A stretch of DNA of 64,000 bases. It comes from an uncultured Candidatus Cloacimonadota bacterium. Lineage in GTDB: Bacteria > Cloacimonadota > Cloacimonadia > Cloacimonadales > Cloacimonadaceae. The notes beneath the pieces were generated by a model. It saw only the letters and a program-made list of their open reading frames with translations. It was not told where the DNA came from and ran no database searches. Made by a program: the position numbers and the translations under genes. The stretch is taken from NCBI GenBank assembly GCA_964501025.1, contig CAZCRD010000103.1, forward strand, positions 3,412 to 67,411, given 5' to 3'. Shown here piece by piece: positions 36,659 through 45,977 of this stretch. Numbering within the stretch: position 1 is the stretch's first letter; the number at the start of each line of letters is the position of its first letter.

Positions 36659-37259
36659 GCACTGGATTATTTTCCTGTGCATAATCTCAATTTTCATATT
36701 AGTAAGCTCTGCCTCAAAAGGTGGAGCTTACTCTTTGCCCGCGATTGATGCTTATCCAATAGTTTCCCTCATTGAGCCAGATCTGGAAGAGGGCGATATC
36801 TTGCTCAGAAGAGGGAGCTCTTTTGTATCTACTCTGATTTCAAGAGCTTCTCCTTCTGCCGGGGGAATGTCTCACTGCGGGATCGTGGTTCGGGATCAGG
36901 GAGATTGGCAGATTATTCATAGCATCTCCGGCAGTATCTCGGATCAAGACGGAATTCGCATGGAGAATCTACAGTCCTTTGCAGATAAGGCATATAGGGC
37001 AAAGATCAAACTCGTGAAACCAGCTTTTGAGATCGATCGTCAGCTCCTGGCACAACGGGCACGATATTATCTGAATCAAGGCGCAGCCTTTGATCATGAA
37101 TTTGATCTGGAAGACAGCAGTCGGCTGTATTGCTCGGAATTGATCCGGGCGGTGTATCTGGATAGCGGTGCCGAGGATGTCTTTTCCTACAGCAGAGTGG
37201 CGGGGAAAAATCTGGTGGACCTGAGCTCTTTTTTCCAGGAAGCTTATTGGCTGCAATAG
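36612..37259 (+). CDS. YiiX/YaeF-like permuted papain-fold (NlpC/P60 superfamily) protein
   Basis: GDILLRRGSSFVS...MSHCGIV...RLYCSELI pattern. Start is uncertain: the ATG at 36612 overlaps the upstream gene by 47 nt. Confidence 0.55.
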   Translation: MAPGKWILPRKIWTNKHWIIFLCIISIFILVSSASKGGAYSLPAIDAYPIVSLIEPDLEEGDILLRRGSSFVSTLISRASPSAGGMSHCGIVVRDQGDWQIIHSISGSISDQDGIRMENLQSFADKAYRAKIKLVKPAFEIDRQLLAQRARYYLNQGAAFDHEFDLEDSSRLYCSELIRAVYLDSGAEDVFSYSRVAGKNLVDLSSFFQEAYWLQ

Positions 37260-37396
37260 TGCTGGATAGTCCTTTAGGGACGACATTTTCGATAGCTAAA
37301 GCTACCCAATAGACACCGTCGAGTCTTGTCCGGAAGACATTTCCAAAGGACGCTTCGGCCCATTCAAAGATGGGCAGCCCAATCAATTCTGCGGGA

Positions 37397-38080
37397 TCAG
37401 ATCCCCTTCATCACCAGTTTTTCCCAGGGTTTTCGCAGAGTATAGCTCATCACCCGGCGTGTCTTACCCAAAAGTCCATCCGGAACCCGATCCTCATATT
37501 CATCGAGCACAAGGTATTCATCAAAGCTAAGTCCTTTGAGATCAGCTGCTTCCTGCACGATGCGAATGCCGTCTTCCACCAAAGCCTGGTTTGTGTATTC
37601 CATGAGATTGGTATTGCAGATCAGCTCCTGGATCTTCAGTTTGGCGGCGTTTTCCAGCATCCCGATCATGGTGATGATCTCTTCTGCATTGCTGGTAAAG
37701 GGTCTGGAAGTATTGACCACCAGGCACATGTGATAGCCACGAGTAGTGATGGCATCCACAAAACGTCCCAGCGTCCGGCAACCCGCTGGATCCCCACCCA
37801 CATCCAGGATCACGGTGCGCTGGGTATTCTCTATCGCACCTTTGATGCGGGGAGAGATCATGGGTAGATCAGCATGGGAATACTCACCTTCGGGGGCAAT
37901 CACGTCTATGCCTTCTGCGGCAAATATATCGCGCACATCCCGGCTCCTGAAATAGGGATTTACCACATCCATATCCGCCAGGGATACCGCCTCTTTTGCA
38001 GCATTCAATCTGCGCGCCAGATCTATGCTATACTCGCTCTTACCACTGCCGTAAGCACCGGCAATAATGTACATATTCAT
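37397..38080 (-). CDS. P-loop NTPase of unknown function (MinD/ParA/CooC-like)
   Basis: Deviant Walker A IIAGAYGSGKSEY at the extreme N-terminus and a DVGGDPAG switch-like motif. 227 aa. Confidence 0.55.
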   Translation of the reverse strand: MNMYIIAGAYGSGKSEYSIDLARRLNAAKEAVSLADMDVVNPYFRSRDVRDIFAAEGIDVIAPEGEYSHADLPMISPRIKGAIENTQRTVILDVGGDPAGCRTLGRFVDAITTRGYHMCLVVNTSRPFTSNAEEIITMIGMLENAAKLKIQELICNTNLMEYTNQALVEDGIRIVQEAADLKGLSFDEYLVLDEYEDRVPDGLLGKTRRVMSYTLRKPWEKLVMKGI

Positions 38081-38748
38081 ATCTTTACTCTCAATTTCTT
38101 TAGTTCTCGGCTAATCTCAGCATAATCCAGACAAAAGGCATCTGCCACTTGTTTGATCTGCTCATGGTGTTTGCGGCTGTCGGCATCATAGATGCCCAGG
38201 CAATGCATACCCGCCGCCCGCACTGCCTGCACTCCGCTTAAAGTGTCTTCGATGGCCACACACTCCGCCGGATCTACCTCCAGGCCTTGGGCACAGCGCA
38301 AAAAGAGATCCGGAAAAGGTTTGCCCAGGACATCCATATCACCGGTGGCAGCATAGGCAAAGTGTTTCCATACTCCATTGAATACGAGGCTGGTCTCAGC
38401 CAGATGATAGGAATTGCTGGTAGCCAGACCGATCTTGATCCCGGCGACCTGCAAGCGCTTGAGCAAATCCCCGGCACCGGCTTTGAGCCGAACCGTGCTG
38501 CGGTAATGCCCAGCCACCATATCGGTCCAGATCTGCATGATCTCCACCTGGCTTTCCATCAGGGAAAAACGGTCTTTGAAATATTGAGCGGTTTGGATGA
38601 AGCTATTGCCTGCAGGCAGATGGTCAAAGAGATCTTCGGGCACAGCAATGCCACGGGACATGAGAAACTCTTCATCTACCTCACGCCACAGGCCCATGGA
38701 ATCTATCAGAGTGCCATCGAGATCAAATATTATCGCTTTTATCTTCAT
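38077..38748 (-). CDS. HAD-superfamily hydrolase (subfamily IA, beta-PGM-like)
   Basis: FDLDGTLIDS, LATSN, GKPFPD and IEDTLSG motifs. Confidence 0.85.
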   Translation of the reverse strand: MKIKAIIFDLDGTLIDSMGLWREVDEEFLMSRGIAVPEDLFDHLPAGNSFIQTAQYFKDRFSLMESQVEIMQIWTDMVAGHYRSTVRLKAGAGDLLKRLQVAGIKIGLATSNSYHLAETSLVFNGVWKHFAYAATGDMDVLGKPFPDLFLRCAQGLEVDPAECVAIEDTLSGVQAVRAAGMHCLGIYDADSRKHHEQIKQVADAFCLDYAEISRELKKLRVKI

Positions 38749-38755
38749 AAAAAAA

Positions 38756-38830
<75 letters not shown>

Positions 38831-38839
38831 TAATAAAAA

Positions 38840-38926
38840 TGGTACCAGAGGCCGGACTTGAACCGGCACGGGCTTGCACCCGAGGGATTTTAAGTCCCTT
38901 GTGTCTACCTGTTCCACCACTCCGGC
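38840..38926 (-). tRNA. tRNA-Leu (UAA), long variable arm, CCA encoded
   Basis: GCCGGAGTGGTGGAACAGGTAGACACAAGGGACTTAAAATCCCTCGGGTGCAAGCCCGTGCCGGTTCAAGTCCGGCCTCTGGTACCA. Anticodon loop CTTAAAA. Position 1:72 would be a G:U pair. Confidence 0.85.
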
Positions 38927-38988
38927 AAATCTTATCTGCTGTGGACGGAAGATCCGTCACAAACTATATACTCTTGGTCAAAAAAAAC

Positions 38989-39062
<74 letters not shown>

Positions 39063-39071
39063 TCAAAACTC

Positions 39072-39146
<75 letters not shown>

Positions 39147-39226
39147 TCTGCTATGTGAAAAAACCAATAGCCATGATGCCCTTTTTTTGTCAATCAAAAA
39201 AATGAAGATGAGCCTCGGAACTGTTT

Positions 39227-39337
39227 TCAAGCCCTGGGCAGCTCGATCACAAAGGCGGTACCCACACCCAATTCTGAGCTGACATTCAAGCTTCCTTTCA
39301 TTTTCTTGATCGAATCGCGGCAGAGGATCCAGGTCAA
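39227..39337 (-). pseudogene. Relic of the C-terminal end of a histidine kinase ATPase domain
   Basis: Minus-strand frame reads LTWILCRDSIKKMKGSLNVSSELGVGTAFVIELPRA*. This resembles the G2-box-to-C-terminus segment of HATPase_c (G.GL.....i....G.i.v.SE.G.GT.F...LP). It is preceded by stop codons and lies next to the tRNA cluster. Confidence 0.45.
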
Positions 39338-39454
39338 CTAAGCTCATCCTGAAATGCAAGAGCTGCCGATATCACTGAAACTTGCACATAGACCATGAGC
39401 GTAGCTAAGGAAAGCTCCGGTACTTTTCCTGGGTAATAGTCTGTATCGCTGAGA

Positions 39455-39994
39455 TTATTCCTCTGCAAAGATCTCCGCGCTGAAACGGTAGAGCTGCGCA
39501 CCATCATCCTGCCAGGCCTGATCCGGCAAACCAGCTTTTCTGCATACTTGCTGCAAAAAAGTATCCCGATCCCAGTTCCACTCAGTGGCTACCTGCGGCA
39601 GCAGCAAACCTGAAGAATAGGGGTGATCCAGATAGAGGCCATCGCGTCCGATGGTGATTTCGGAAATATCCTGCACCGGTTCCATGGGGCTGAGCAGGGA
39701 GATTTCGATGCTGATATCCGGTAATTCATCTGCTTGCACGGGCGGGAAGCGGGGATCTCGGAAAGCAGCAGCCAATGCCATTTCTTTGACTGTATCCAGG
39801 ATGGATTTGTAAGCATGGATATAGCCGATGCAACCGCGGAGCTTCCCGAATATGTGAAGGGTCACAAACATACCCCGTTTTTCGGCAAAGGCGGGATCAT
39901 CAGGACTGGTGTAAGTACTATGATGCAGACGGGCATGGATCACATCGCGAGCGAGCTTTAGCAAGCTCTGTTTTTGAGTATCACTGAGCATCAA
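39455..39994 (-). CDS. AMMECR1-domain protein (AmmeMemoRadiSam system protein A)
   Basis: GMFVTLHIFGKLRGCIGY...AAFRDPRFPPV...ISLLS motifs. Confidence 0.85.
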   Translation of the reverse strand: MMLSDTQKQSLLKLARDVIHARLHHSTYTSPDDPAFAEKRGMFVTLHIFGKLRGCIGYIHAYKSILDTVKEMALAAAFRDPRFPPVQADELPDISIEISLLSPMEPVQDISEITIGRDGLYLDHPYSSGLLLPQVATEWNWDRDTFLQQVCRKAGLPDQAWQDDGAQLYRFSAEIFAEE

Positions 39995-40000
39995 TCCTCC

Positions 40001-40819
40001 TTAGCAGACCAGCTTGGCAGCCAGATAACCAACCACCTGGGTGTTCATCCCGGATACCTTGCCGGAATGGGTGTAGTGTATGATTCTAGATTCGATGGCG
40101 CTGTAATGCTCTGCCAGCTTGAGCAAGGTCATAATGCCACCGATGCCGCAGGCTTCGAGTTTGCCTCGCTGCATGGCAGTCCACATCCCTTCGGAATCTC
40201 GCTGTATGAAGTACTGTGACAATAGCTTATCCATCTCCTCTGCTCGAGCAGCCGGATGATAGTGAGAGAGATCGCTGGAGACCAGGATCAATATCCGGCG
40301 GCTGGAGCGATATACCACGTTGTACAATATCTCCGACAAGCGCTCAGCGACGGCGGGGATCTGGTTTCCGATCATCACCGGGCAGATCCTGACAGCAGGG
40401 AAAAAATAGCGTAGCAAAGGTAGCTGGATTTCCAGAGAATGCTCCAGCTGATGATAGGTCAGATCCACATCCTGATTTGCGTGGGGACTGATCTGGGCAT
40501 AGATATCCGTATCCAATTCCAGATTCCCCAGAGGAGTCTCGTATTCTGAAAAAGGAGACACGCTGAAGTCAAAATGATTGGCTTGATGCGAAGGATGTAG
40601 TACAATGACGGCATCCAGAGGTTCTTTGCCGATCGAGGAAAGACCCAGCGTGGCACAATGCCCAGAATATATGTATCCGGCATGAGGAAGCAGTAGTCCC
40701 AGACAGCGTTCACTCTCTGGAGCCGGGCTGGCTTCTTTGAGCCAGGATTCGATCTGCGCCCGGATCTGCTCGGCAAAACGCGGATAAAAGGTACCAGCAT
40801 GCACTGTTTTCCTGATCAT
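40001..40819 (-). CDS. MEMO1-family protein (AmmeMemoRadiSam system protein B)
   Basis: HAGTFYP...LLLPHAGYIYSG...HPSH...DLSHY motifs. Confidence 0.85.
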   Translation of the reverse strand: MIRKTVHAGTFYPRFAEQIRAQIESWLKEASPAPESERCLGLLLPHAGYIYSGHCATLGLSSIGKEPLDAVIVLHPSHQANHFDFSVSPFSEYETPLGNLELDTDIYAQISPHANQDVDLTYHQLEHSLEIQLPLLRYFFPAVRICPVMIGNQIPAVAERLSEILYNVVYRSSRRILILVSSDLSHYHPAARAEEMDKLLSQYFIQRDSEGMWTAMQRGKLEACGIGGIMTLLKLAEHYSAIESRIIHYTHSGKVSGMNTQVVGYLAAKLVC

Positions 40820-41694
40820 TTACCTTCCTCCTCAGGAGTATCTGGCATGAGGATAAGATGAGTCCCCGGCATCCTTGCATCTTCTTTTTGCATAAGGGCT
40901 TCCCTGCCCTCGGATACTTGCGGTGTGATTACTGCAATCTTTTTGTCCGGAAGAGCGTTTTGCAGACGGGAGACAGTACCCAAAAAACTGCGCGAATGAA
41001 AGTCCCCATTGAAATGGATGACCCTGGCCTTGGGGCTATTTCTCAAAGCCAACGCAATGCTTTCCGCCATGGTGTCATCTTTGATACACTGAGCCATATA
41101 CATTGATTGCAGACTTTCCTGATTCAGGGGATGTCCGCTCATATTGCCCATGGTCTCGAAAAAAGCCTGGCGATAATCGTCGTCTGGCGCTGTAAGCTCG
41201 GAGGCAATCCAGGCTCTCTCTTCCGGAGGTAATGTCTTTACGAAGTCCCAGCCTTCTTTAGCCGTGCGGTTGGCATAGATTCTGGGGATATTTGCCGCCA
41301 CAGCTTTTAAGTTCTGCTTTTGGGCAAAGATGAGCAGCGGACGGTAATCCCGATAGTTTGGCCAGGCTCTACTCATCCGGGTAAATTCCTCTTCTGGCAT
41401 CTCTCTGGCCACAAAGGCATCCAGGTGCTCCTGAGTATCACGTTCCCACATCTCAAAAGAAAGGATGAGCTCTCGTTCATCGTCCAGCAATCCCGGTAAG
41501 ATTTGGCTTTGCAATTGGTGCAAATGCTGGTCGCCATGCCATTCGCCAAAGAAGATCACGTCATAGGCTCTGAGGTCTTTGCCCAGAGACTTTGCATCCA
41601 GCCTGGCTCCACTTTCTGCTTTGATGATGCTGATTTCGGCAGCAAGACCAAAGATGAGCAGTATCAATAATACCAGAGTTAATAACTTTTTCAT
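40816..41694 (-). CDS. ChaN-family (Tiki/haem-binding-uptake superfamily) secreted protein
   Basis: Signal peptide; FFGEWHGDQHLH, KDDTMAESIA and HFNGDFHS motifs. Confidence 0.6.
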   Translation of the reverse strand: MKKLLTLVLLILLIFGLAAEISIIKAESGARLDAKSLGKDLRAYDVIFFGEWHGDQHLHQLQSQILPGLLDDERELILSFEMWERDTQEHLDAFVAREMPEEEFTRMSRAWPNYRDYRPLLIFAQKQNLKAVAANIPRIYANRTAKEGWDFVKTLPPEERAWIASELTAPDDDYRQAFFETMGNMSGHPLNQESLQSMYMAQCIKDDTMAESIALALRNSPKARVIHFNGDFHSRSFLGTVSRLQNALPDKKIAVITPQVSEGREALMQKEDARMPGTHLILMPDTPEEEGK

Positions 41695-41697
41695 TCT

Positions 41698-42303
41698 TTA
41701 TCCTCCTGATAAATAATCTAATCTGCCCAAAGCCTTATAGCCATCCAAAAATTTGCAAAATGCTATAGCTTCAGACAGGGGGATTTTTACTTTGATTGAG
41801 ACCTTTTCACTGAAGACAGCATCAGTTTCACTGCCGTCCAATTGTGTGATCTGATGCCGGATGATCTCCAGCAAACTGTACTGAGCATCAATGCTGAATT
41901 GCTGATACTGCTGATACTGCACCAAAGTGGCGGATTCAATCGCCAATGTGGTCGCCTCAGTATAAGCTTCGATCAGCCCTTTGATCCCCAATTTGATGCC
42001 GCCATAATAACGGGTCACGATCGCCAATACGCCGGAGAGTTCATTGCGCAACAGACTGTTTAAGATCGGTTTACCAGCGCTGCCTCCAGGCTCTCCGGCA
42101 TCTGAGTAATACTGCGTTTCGCTATCGTAGCCCAAGACATAGGCAAAGCAATTGTGTGTGGCATTCATATACTCCTGTTGATGCTGATGCAAGACCTCTT
42201 GTGCACCCTGAGCATCAGCCACCGGATAGATAAAGGCGATGAACTCACTGCGTTGGATTTTAATGGCAGCTTTTACTGCCGTTTTGATGGTAACAGGCAT
42301 CAT
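41698..42303 (-). CDS. yigZ: YigZ / IMPACT-family protein
   Basis: IQRSEFIAFIYPV...ATHNCFAY...DAGEPGGSAGKPIL...VTRYYGGIKLG motifs. Start at the ATG at 42303, forming an ATGA overlap with the umuC stop. Confidence 0.85.
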   Translation of the reverse strand: MMPVTIKTAVKAAIKIQRSEFIAFIYPVADAQGAQEVLHQHQQEYMNATHNCFAYVLGYDSETQYYSDAGEPGGSAGKPILNSLLRNELSGVLAIVTRYYGGIKLGIKGLIEAYTEATTLAIESATLVQYQQYQQFSIDAQYSLLEIIRHQITQLDGSETDAVFSEKVSIKVKIPLSEAIAFCKFLDGYKALGRLDYLSGG

Positions 42304-43589
42304 TTTACCTTGGGAATATCCTTCCACCGAGTGGTATAGCTGGGGCTCAATTGCGCCCGCTTCATCTGCCACTTCTTTTTGATGCCGCTGCTGGCATATT
42401 GCACAGTATCGCGTCCATGCCGGCGGTTCAAGCTATCTATGGCTTGCATCAGTTTGCCTCGCTTATCATCCAGATAGTTTGTCTCAATAAAGCTCAGCGG
42501 TACATCTTCTTCGGCAATGATATCGGTGAGCATGACCCCAGCCTTTTTGTATTCAAAGCCGGGTAACCACAATTCCCGCAATAGCTCCAAGCCCTGCTGG
42601 ATCATGACAGCAGTGTATGCTGTGGGCGGAAAGAGAGTGCAAGAGATGGAGTTGTTGTATTGCGGACCTTCCTTAAAACGGTTTGTGGACAGAAAGATCA
42701 TCATGTGCCCAGCCACAGAATTTTGATCCCGCAGCTTTTCTGCACTCCGGGTGATGTAGCTGGAGACCGCTTCTTCCAGTTCTTCGATCTCCACCACCTG
42801 TTTACCGAAGGATCTGGAGGTTACGATGCTCTTTTTGGTCGCGGGTGCATCTTCAAGCTCGATGCAGGCATATCCTCTGAGCTCAAGGATCGTCTTGTGC
42901 CCCACCACGGTCATATAGTGGTCAATGAATTTGTCGTCCGCATCCCTGAGCTGCAGAGCCGTCTCAATCTTGTTTTGCCGCAAAAACTTGTCATATTGCC
43001 TGCCGATGCCCCAGATATCCCCCACCTTGATTCGCGTTAAGGCTTCAGCGATGCGTTCAGCATCCAAAAGACACAAAGCTCCCCCAAAAGCTGCTATCCT
43101 CTTGGCATGGTGGTTTGCGATCTTGGCCAGAGTCTTGGTGCGGGAAATCCCCACCGAGACGGGGATGCCGGTATAGCGATACACAGTGCGCTTGAGCTTG
43201 CGTCCCCACTCTTCCCAATCCTCTTCCCGGATTCCGGTAAGCCCCAAAAACGCTTCATCGATGGAGTATATCTCCAGCTCGGCACAAAATTTGCCAAGTA
43301 CATCCATCACGCGGGAGCTCATATCACCATAAAGAGCGTAGTTTGAAGAAAGCAGCTCTCCCCCATGTTTTTTGATCAGGGCTTCGTATTTGAAACCGGG
43401 CGCACCCATGGGAATCTTCAGGGCTTTGATTTCATTGCTGCGGGAGACGATGCAGCCATCGTTGTTTGACAATACAGCCACCGGAACCTTGTGCAGACGT
43501 GGATTGAAGACCCGCTCGCAGGACACATAGAAGTTGTTGCAATCCACAAGTGCAATGATCTGCTTATCTGACAATCCAGTGCTATCCAT
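42300..43589 (-). CDS. umuC: Y-family DNA polymerase, UmuC-like
   Basis: ALVDCNNFYVSCERVFNPRL...VAVLSNNDGCIVSRSNEIKALKIPMG closely parallels the E. coli UmuC N-terminus. The ATG at 43589 has an AAGGAG RBS and is preferred over the track start at 43619. Confidence 0.85.
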   Translation of the reverse strand: MDSTGLSDKQIIALVDCNNFYVSCERVFNPRLHKVPVAVLSNNDGCIVSRSNEIKALKIPMGAPGFKYEALIKKHGGELLSSNYALYGDMSSRVMDVLGKFCAELEIYSIDEAFLGLTGIREEDWEEWGRKLKRTVYRYTGIPVSVGISRTKTLAKIANHHAKRIAAFGGALCLLDAERIAEALTRIKVGDIWGIGRQYDKFLRQNKIETALQLRDADDKFIDHYMTVVGHKTILELRGYACIELEDAPATKKSIVTSRSFGKQVVEIEELEEAVSSYITRSAEKLRDQNSVAGHMMIFLSTNRFKEGPQYNNSISCTLFPPTAYTAVMIQQGLELLRELWLPGFEYKKAGVMLTDIIAEEDVPLSFIETNYLDDKRGKLMQAIDSLNRRHGRDTVQYASSGIKKKWQMKRAQLSPSYTTRWKDIPKVK

Positions 43590-43609
43590 AATACTCCTTA
43601 TCAATGCCA

Positions 43610-43637
43610 AAATATCCATGCGCTTTTGTTTGTCAAG
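43610..43637 (-). promoter_or_regulatory. Candidate sigma70-like promoter for umuC (TTGACA-N16-TATTTT)
   Basis: Minus-strand TTGACA at 43637-43632 and TATTTT at 43615-43610. Consistent with the downstream start at 43589. Confidence 0.35.
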
Positions 43638-43844
43638 GAACGAGCAAGCTCTGGACCAATATCAAGAGAGTACTGTTAAAACAAACCATTCTCTTTGCAA
43701 CGGCATTGGGGCTCAAGAATAGCTTTACACTTTTGCTATCCGAAAGCCTTCTCTGCTCCAAACCTGCAACCTGGCATCGTGTTCCTGTTGCTCAAAATCC
43801 GCGCCTCAGTAAGCTCCATTACAGAAAATGCAATATTCACAGAT

Positions 43845-43887
43845 AAAAAAAGATGCGCCCGCCACAGGAGTCTGGATGGCAGGCGCA
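43845..43887 (-). terminator. Rho-independent terminator after the LruC gene
   Basis: Minus strand reads TGCGCCTGCCA-tccagactcc-TGTGGCGGGCGCA, a 10-bp stem with one G:U pair, followed by TCTTTTTTT. Confidence 0.8.
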
Positions 43888-43910
43888 CAATTGCATCGGA
43901 GGGAATATGC

Positions 43911-45890
43911 TTAGGGAAGCTGGTAGATATAGGCTTCATCGCGGTAGCCAGGAAGGTCTTGATACCAATCCTGATAGCTGCCACCTGAGCTTTGAGCCCA
44001 ATGTTTGAATTTCAGATATCCTTTGGATACTTGTACCTTTTCGATCGGATAATCCCAGATCTGCGGGATATTGACAGCCCAATTCAGATAATCGTCAGTT
44101 TTATACCAGTTATCAGGCAAACTGGCATCATCGCCGGTGCCAAAAAGATCCATGTTCATCCTGGCAGTGGGTTCATAACCCGGTAGATGAATCTCGTGGG
44201 AGCGTACACCATTGACAAAGATGAAAGGATTGTATGGTGCGGAAGGCTCGATTCCGGAGATTGCCACCGGATTGGTAAGCATAAAGTTCACCGAGAAATC
44301 CACAGGATCAATGTAGCTATCAGCAATTTCCGTATTGATGAAGCTACCCGGTACTTCCGGAATGAGATCAAAGGCACTGTCATACATCTTCATCACAGCT
44401 GTGGGACTATCTGTTTCGTGTTCAAAGAGCTGGGGATGACTGGGGGTGACGTCGTAGATATTGGAGCTGAGGAAGGGAACCTGAACGCCGAATCCATTTG
44501 CCCAACGTGCTCCAAGAGCTTTGAGCGTGAAGCTCATCTCGACTTTTTTGACCCGATTCCCAGCCTGGGTGATCTGATTGTAGTTATAATCCACCACCAT
44601 GTCGTTAAAATCATAATCGCCTACATCCGGCCAGAGGTCTTCAAAAGCCAAAGTGCCCAAGCCAGATGGTCCATAAGTGTAATTGTTGAAAGCCAGATCA
44701 GGATCTTCCGGATAGTCGTCAAAGACATCGTTGATGCCATCGTCATCTGTATCCACATAAGTATCCATCGGGGGTACGCCGGTAAGATCTGCTGCAGTGA
44801 TCGGATCTACGGTCAGGAAGAAAACCAGGTCGTTAAAATCATCATCCGAGCCGGAATTTCGCGGCAAATCCTCAAATCCGATTACGAGTCGCTGCGAAAT
44901 ATCGTCAAAGACCAGGATGCTGTGTTGCTGGTCCGCAGGATTTGGCTCCGGATTTAGATGTGGACTGGAGTAGTATCGCAAAGCTGTGGTGCTGATATTG
45001 GTGCCGGGAGGACCCTGCGTAAAGCCATCAGCTACCAAAAACCAACCCATGGTGATTCCGGCCTCAAAAGCTCCCAGATAGACTGTGTCACCCGAAGTCA
45101 GCTTGCCGCCACTGCCATTTAGCGAGGCATTGGGCAAGACTATCGTGTGCGAACCTACCTCAGCCGGAGTTTGCGGTTCGGCAGCAGAAGGATATGTGTG
45201 AAACCCGAGCGCATTGAGGTATCCCGCTCCTTCAGTGACGAAGGTTAGCCAGATATTGGATGGTTCCACCAGTTTCAGATTGGTCTGAACATCGGGATCC
45301 AGATATTGGGGATGAGATACATCAATGGGCACACTCTCAGGCAAAGTGGTATTTACCCTGGATAAGAAATCAGCTTCCAACGGGGTATTGGTCATCGGGC
45401 TGGGCTTGCCATGAGGAGAGAAGGTCATACCCGGCAAAAAAGTCCAGTCTTTGGAATCCGGCAACGAATACTTTTGGGGAGCAGAGCTTTCCACATAGGC
45501 TCCTCCGATGGATACTGTTGCCATGTTACCAGAGATGGGAATCTCGTATACACCCATGTAGCCGCGTGCCCATACCTTGGTGATAGCCGTGGGCAGGGTA
45601 AGGCTGCTAAGATATTTGCCATCTTCCAGAGTCACACCCTTGGCAATCGGAGAACTCAAGGGCTGCGGCTGGCTGGTGAAAATCTCAAAAACTATGTTAT
45701 CAATCGGTACGTTTGCGCTGTTTAGCACCTCGATCTCAAGCTCCACCTGGCGGCTGGACTGCCAGTCAAAATCCGGAGCAATGGTCAGATCTTCCATGGC
45801 CACAAAGGCATCGTCATCCTTTTCCGTACAAGCTACCATCATTAGACTCATCAGCAGCAAGAACAGAAGCATTTTGTATGAATATTTCAT
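43911..45890 (-). CDS. LruC-domain lipoprotein
   Basis: Lipobox LMMVAC; TSP3-like DTDDDGINDVFDDYPEDP; LGTLAFEDLWPDVGDYDFNDMVV...SHEIHLPGY...YQDWY. Collinear with the C-terminal half of the 13472 gene. Confidence 0.8.
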   Translation of the reverse strand: MKYSYKMLLFLLLMSLMMVACTEKDDDAFVAMEDLTIAPDFDWQSSRQVELEIEVLNSANVPIDNIVFEIFTSQPQPLSSPIAKGVTLEDGKYLSSLTLPTAITKVWARGYMGVYEIPISGNMATVSIGGAYVESSAPQKYSLPDSKDWTFLPGMTFSPHGKPSPMTNTPLEADFLSRVNTTLPESVPIDVSHPQYLDPDVQTNLKLVEPSNIWLTFVTEGAGYLNALGFHTYPSAAEPQTPAEVGSHTIVLPNASLNGSGGKLTSGDTVYLGAFEAGITMGWFLVADGFTQGPPGTNISTTALRYYSSPHLNPEPNPADQQHSILVFDDISQRLVIGFEDLPRNSGSDDDFNDLVFFLTVDPITAADLTGVPPMDTYVDTDDDGINDVFDDYPEDPDLAFNNYTYGPSGLGTLAFEDLWPDVGDYDFNDMVVDYNYNQITQAGNRVKKVEMSFTLKALGARWANGFGVQVPFLSSNIYDVTPSHPQLFEHETDSPTAVMKMYDSAFDLIPEVPGSFINTEIADSYIDPVDFSVNFMLTNPVAISGIEPSAPYNPFIFVNGVRSHEIHLPGYEPTARMNMDLFGTGDDASLPDNWYKTDDYLNWAVNIPQIWDYPIEKVQVSKGYLKFKHWAQSSGGSYQDWYQDLPGYRDEAYIYQLP

Positions 45891-45977
45891 TTTGTCACCT
45901 CTTGTAGTGTTTGATATATTACCAAGTTAACCGATACGTGGCAGTCGTCAAGAAATATTTTGCATTTTTGCAATACT

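Noticed and set aside
43590-43910. Search for an SOS/LexA box or a umuD gene upstream of umuC
   Set aside because: No CTGT-N8-ACAG or GAAC-N4-GTTC match, and no ORF of 60 codons or more with S24-peptidase features. Only a terminator and a candidate promoter were found. The lineage-specific LexA motif is unknown, so absence is not proven.
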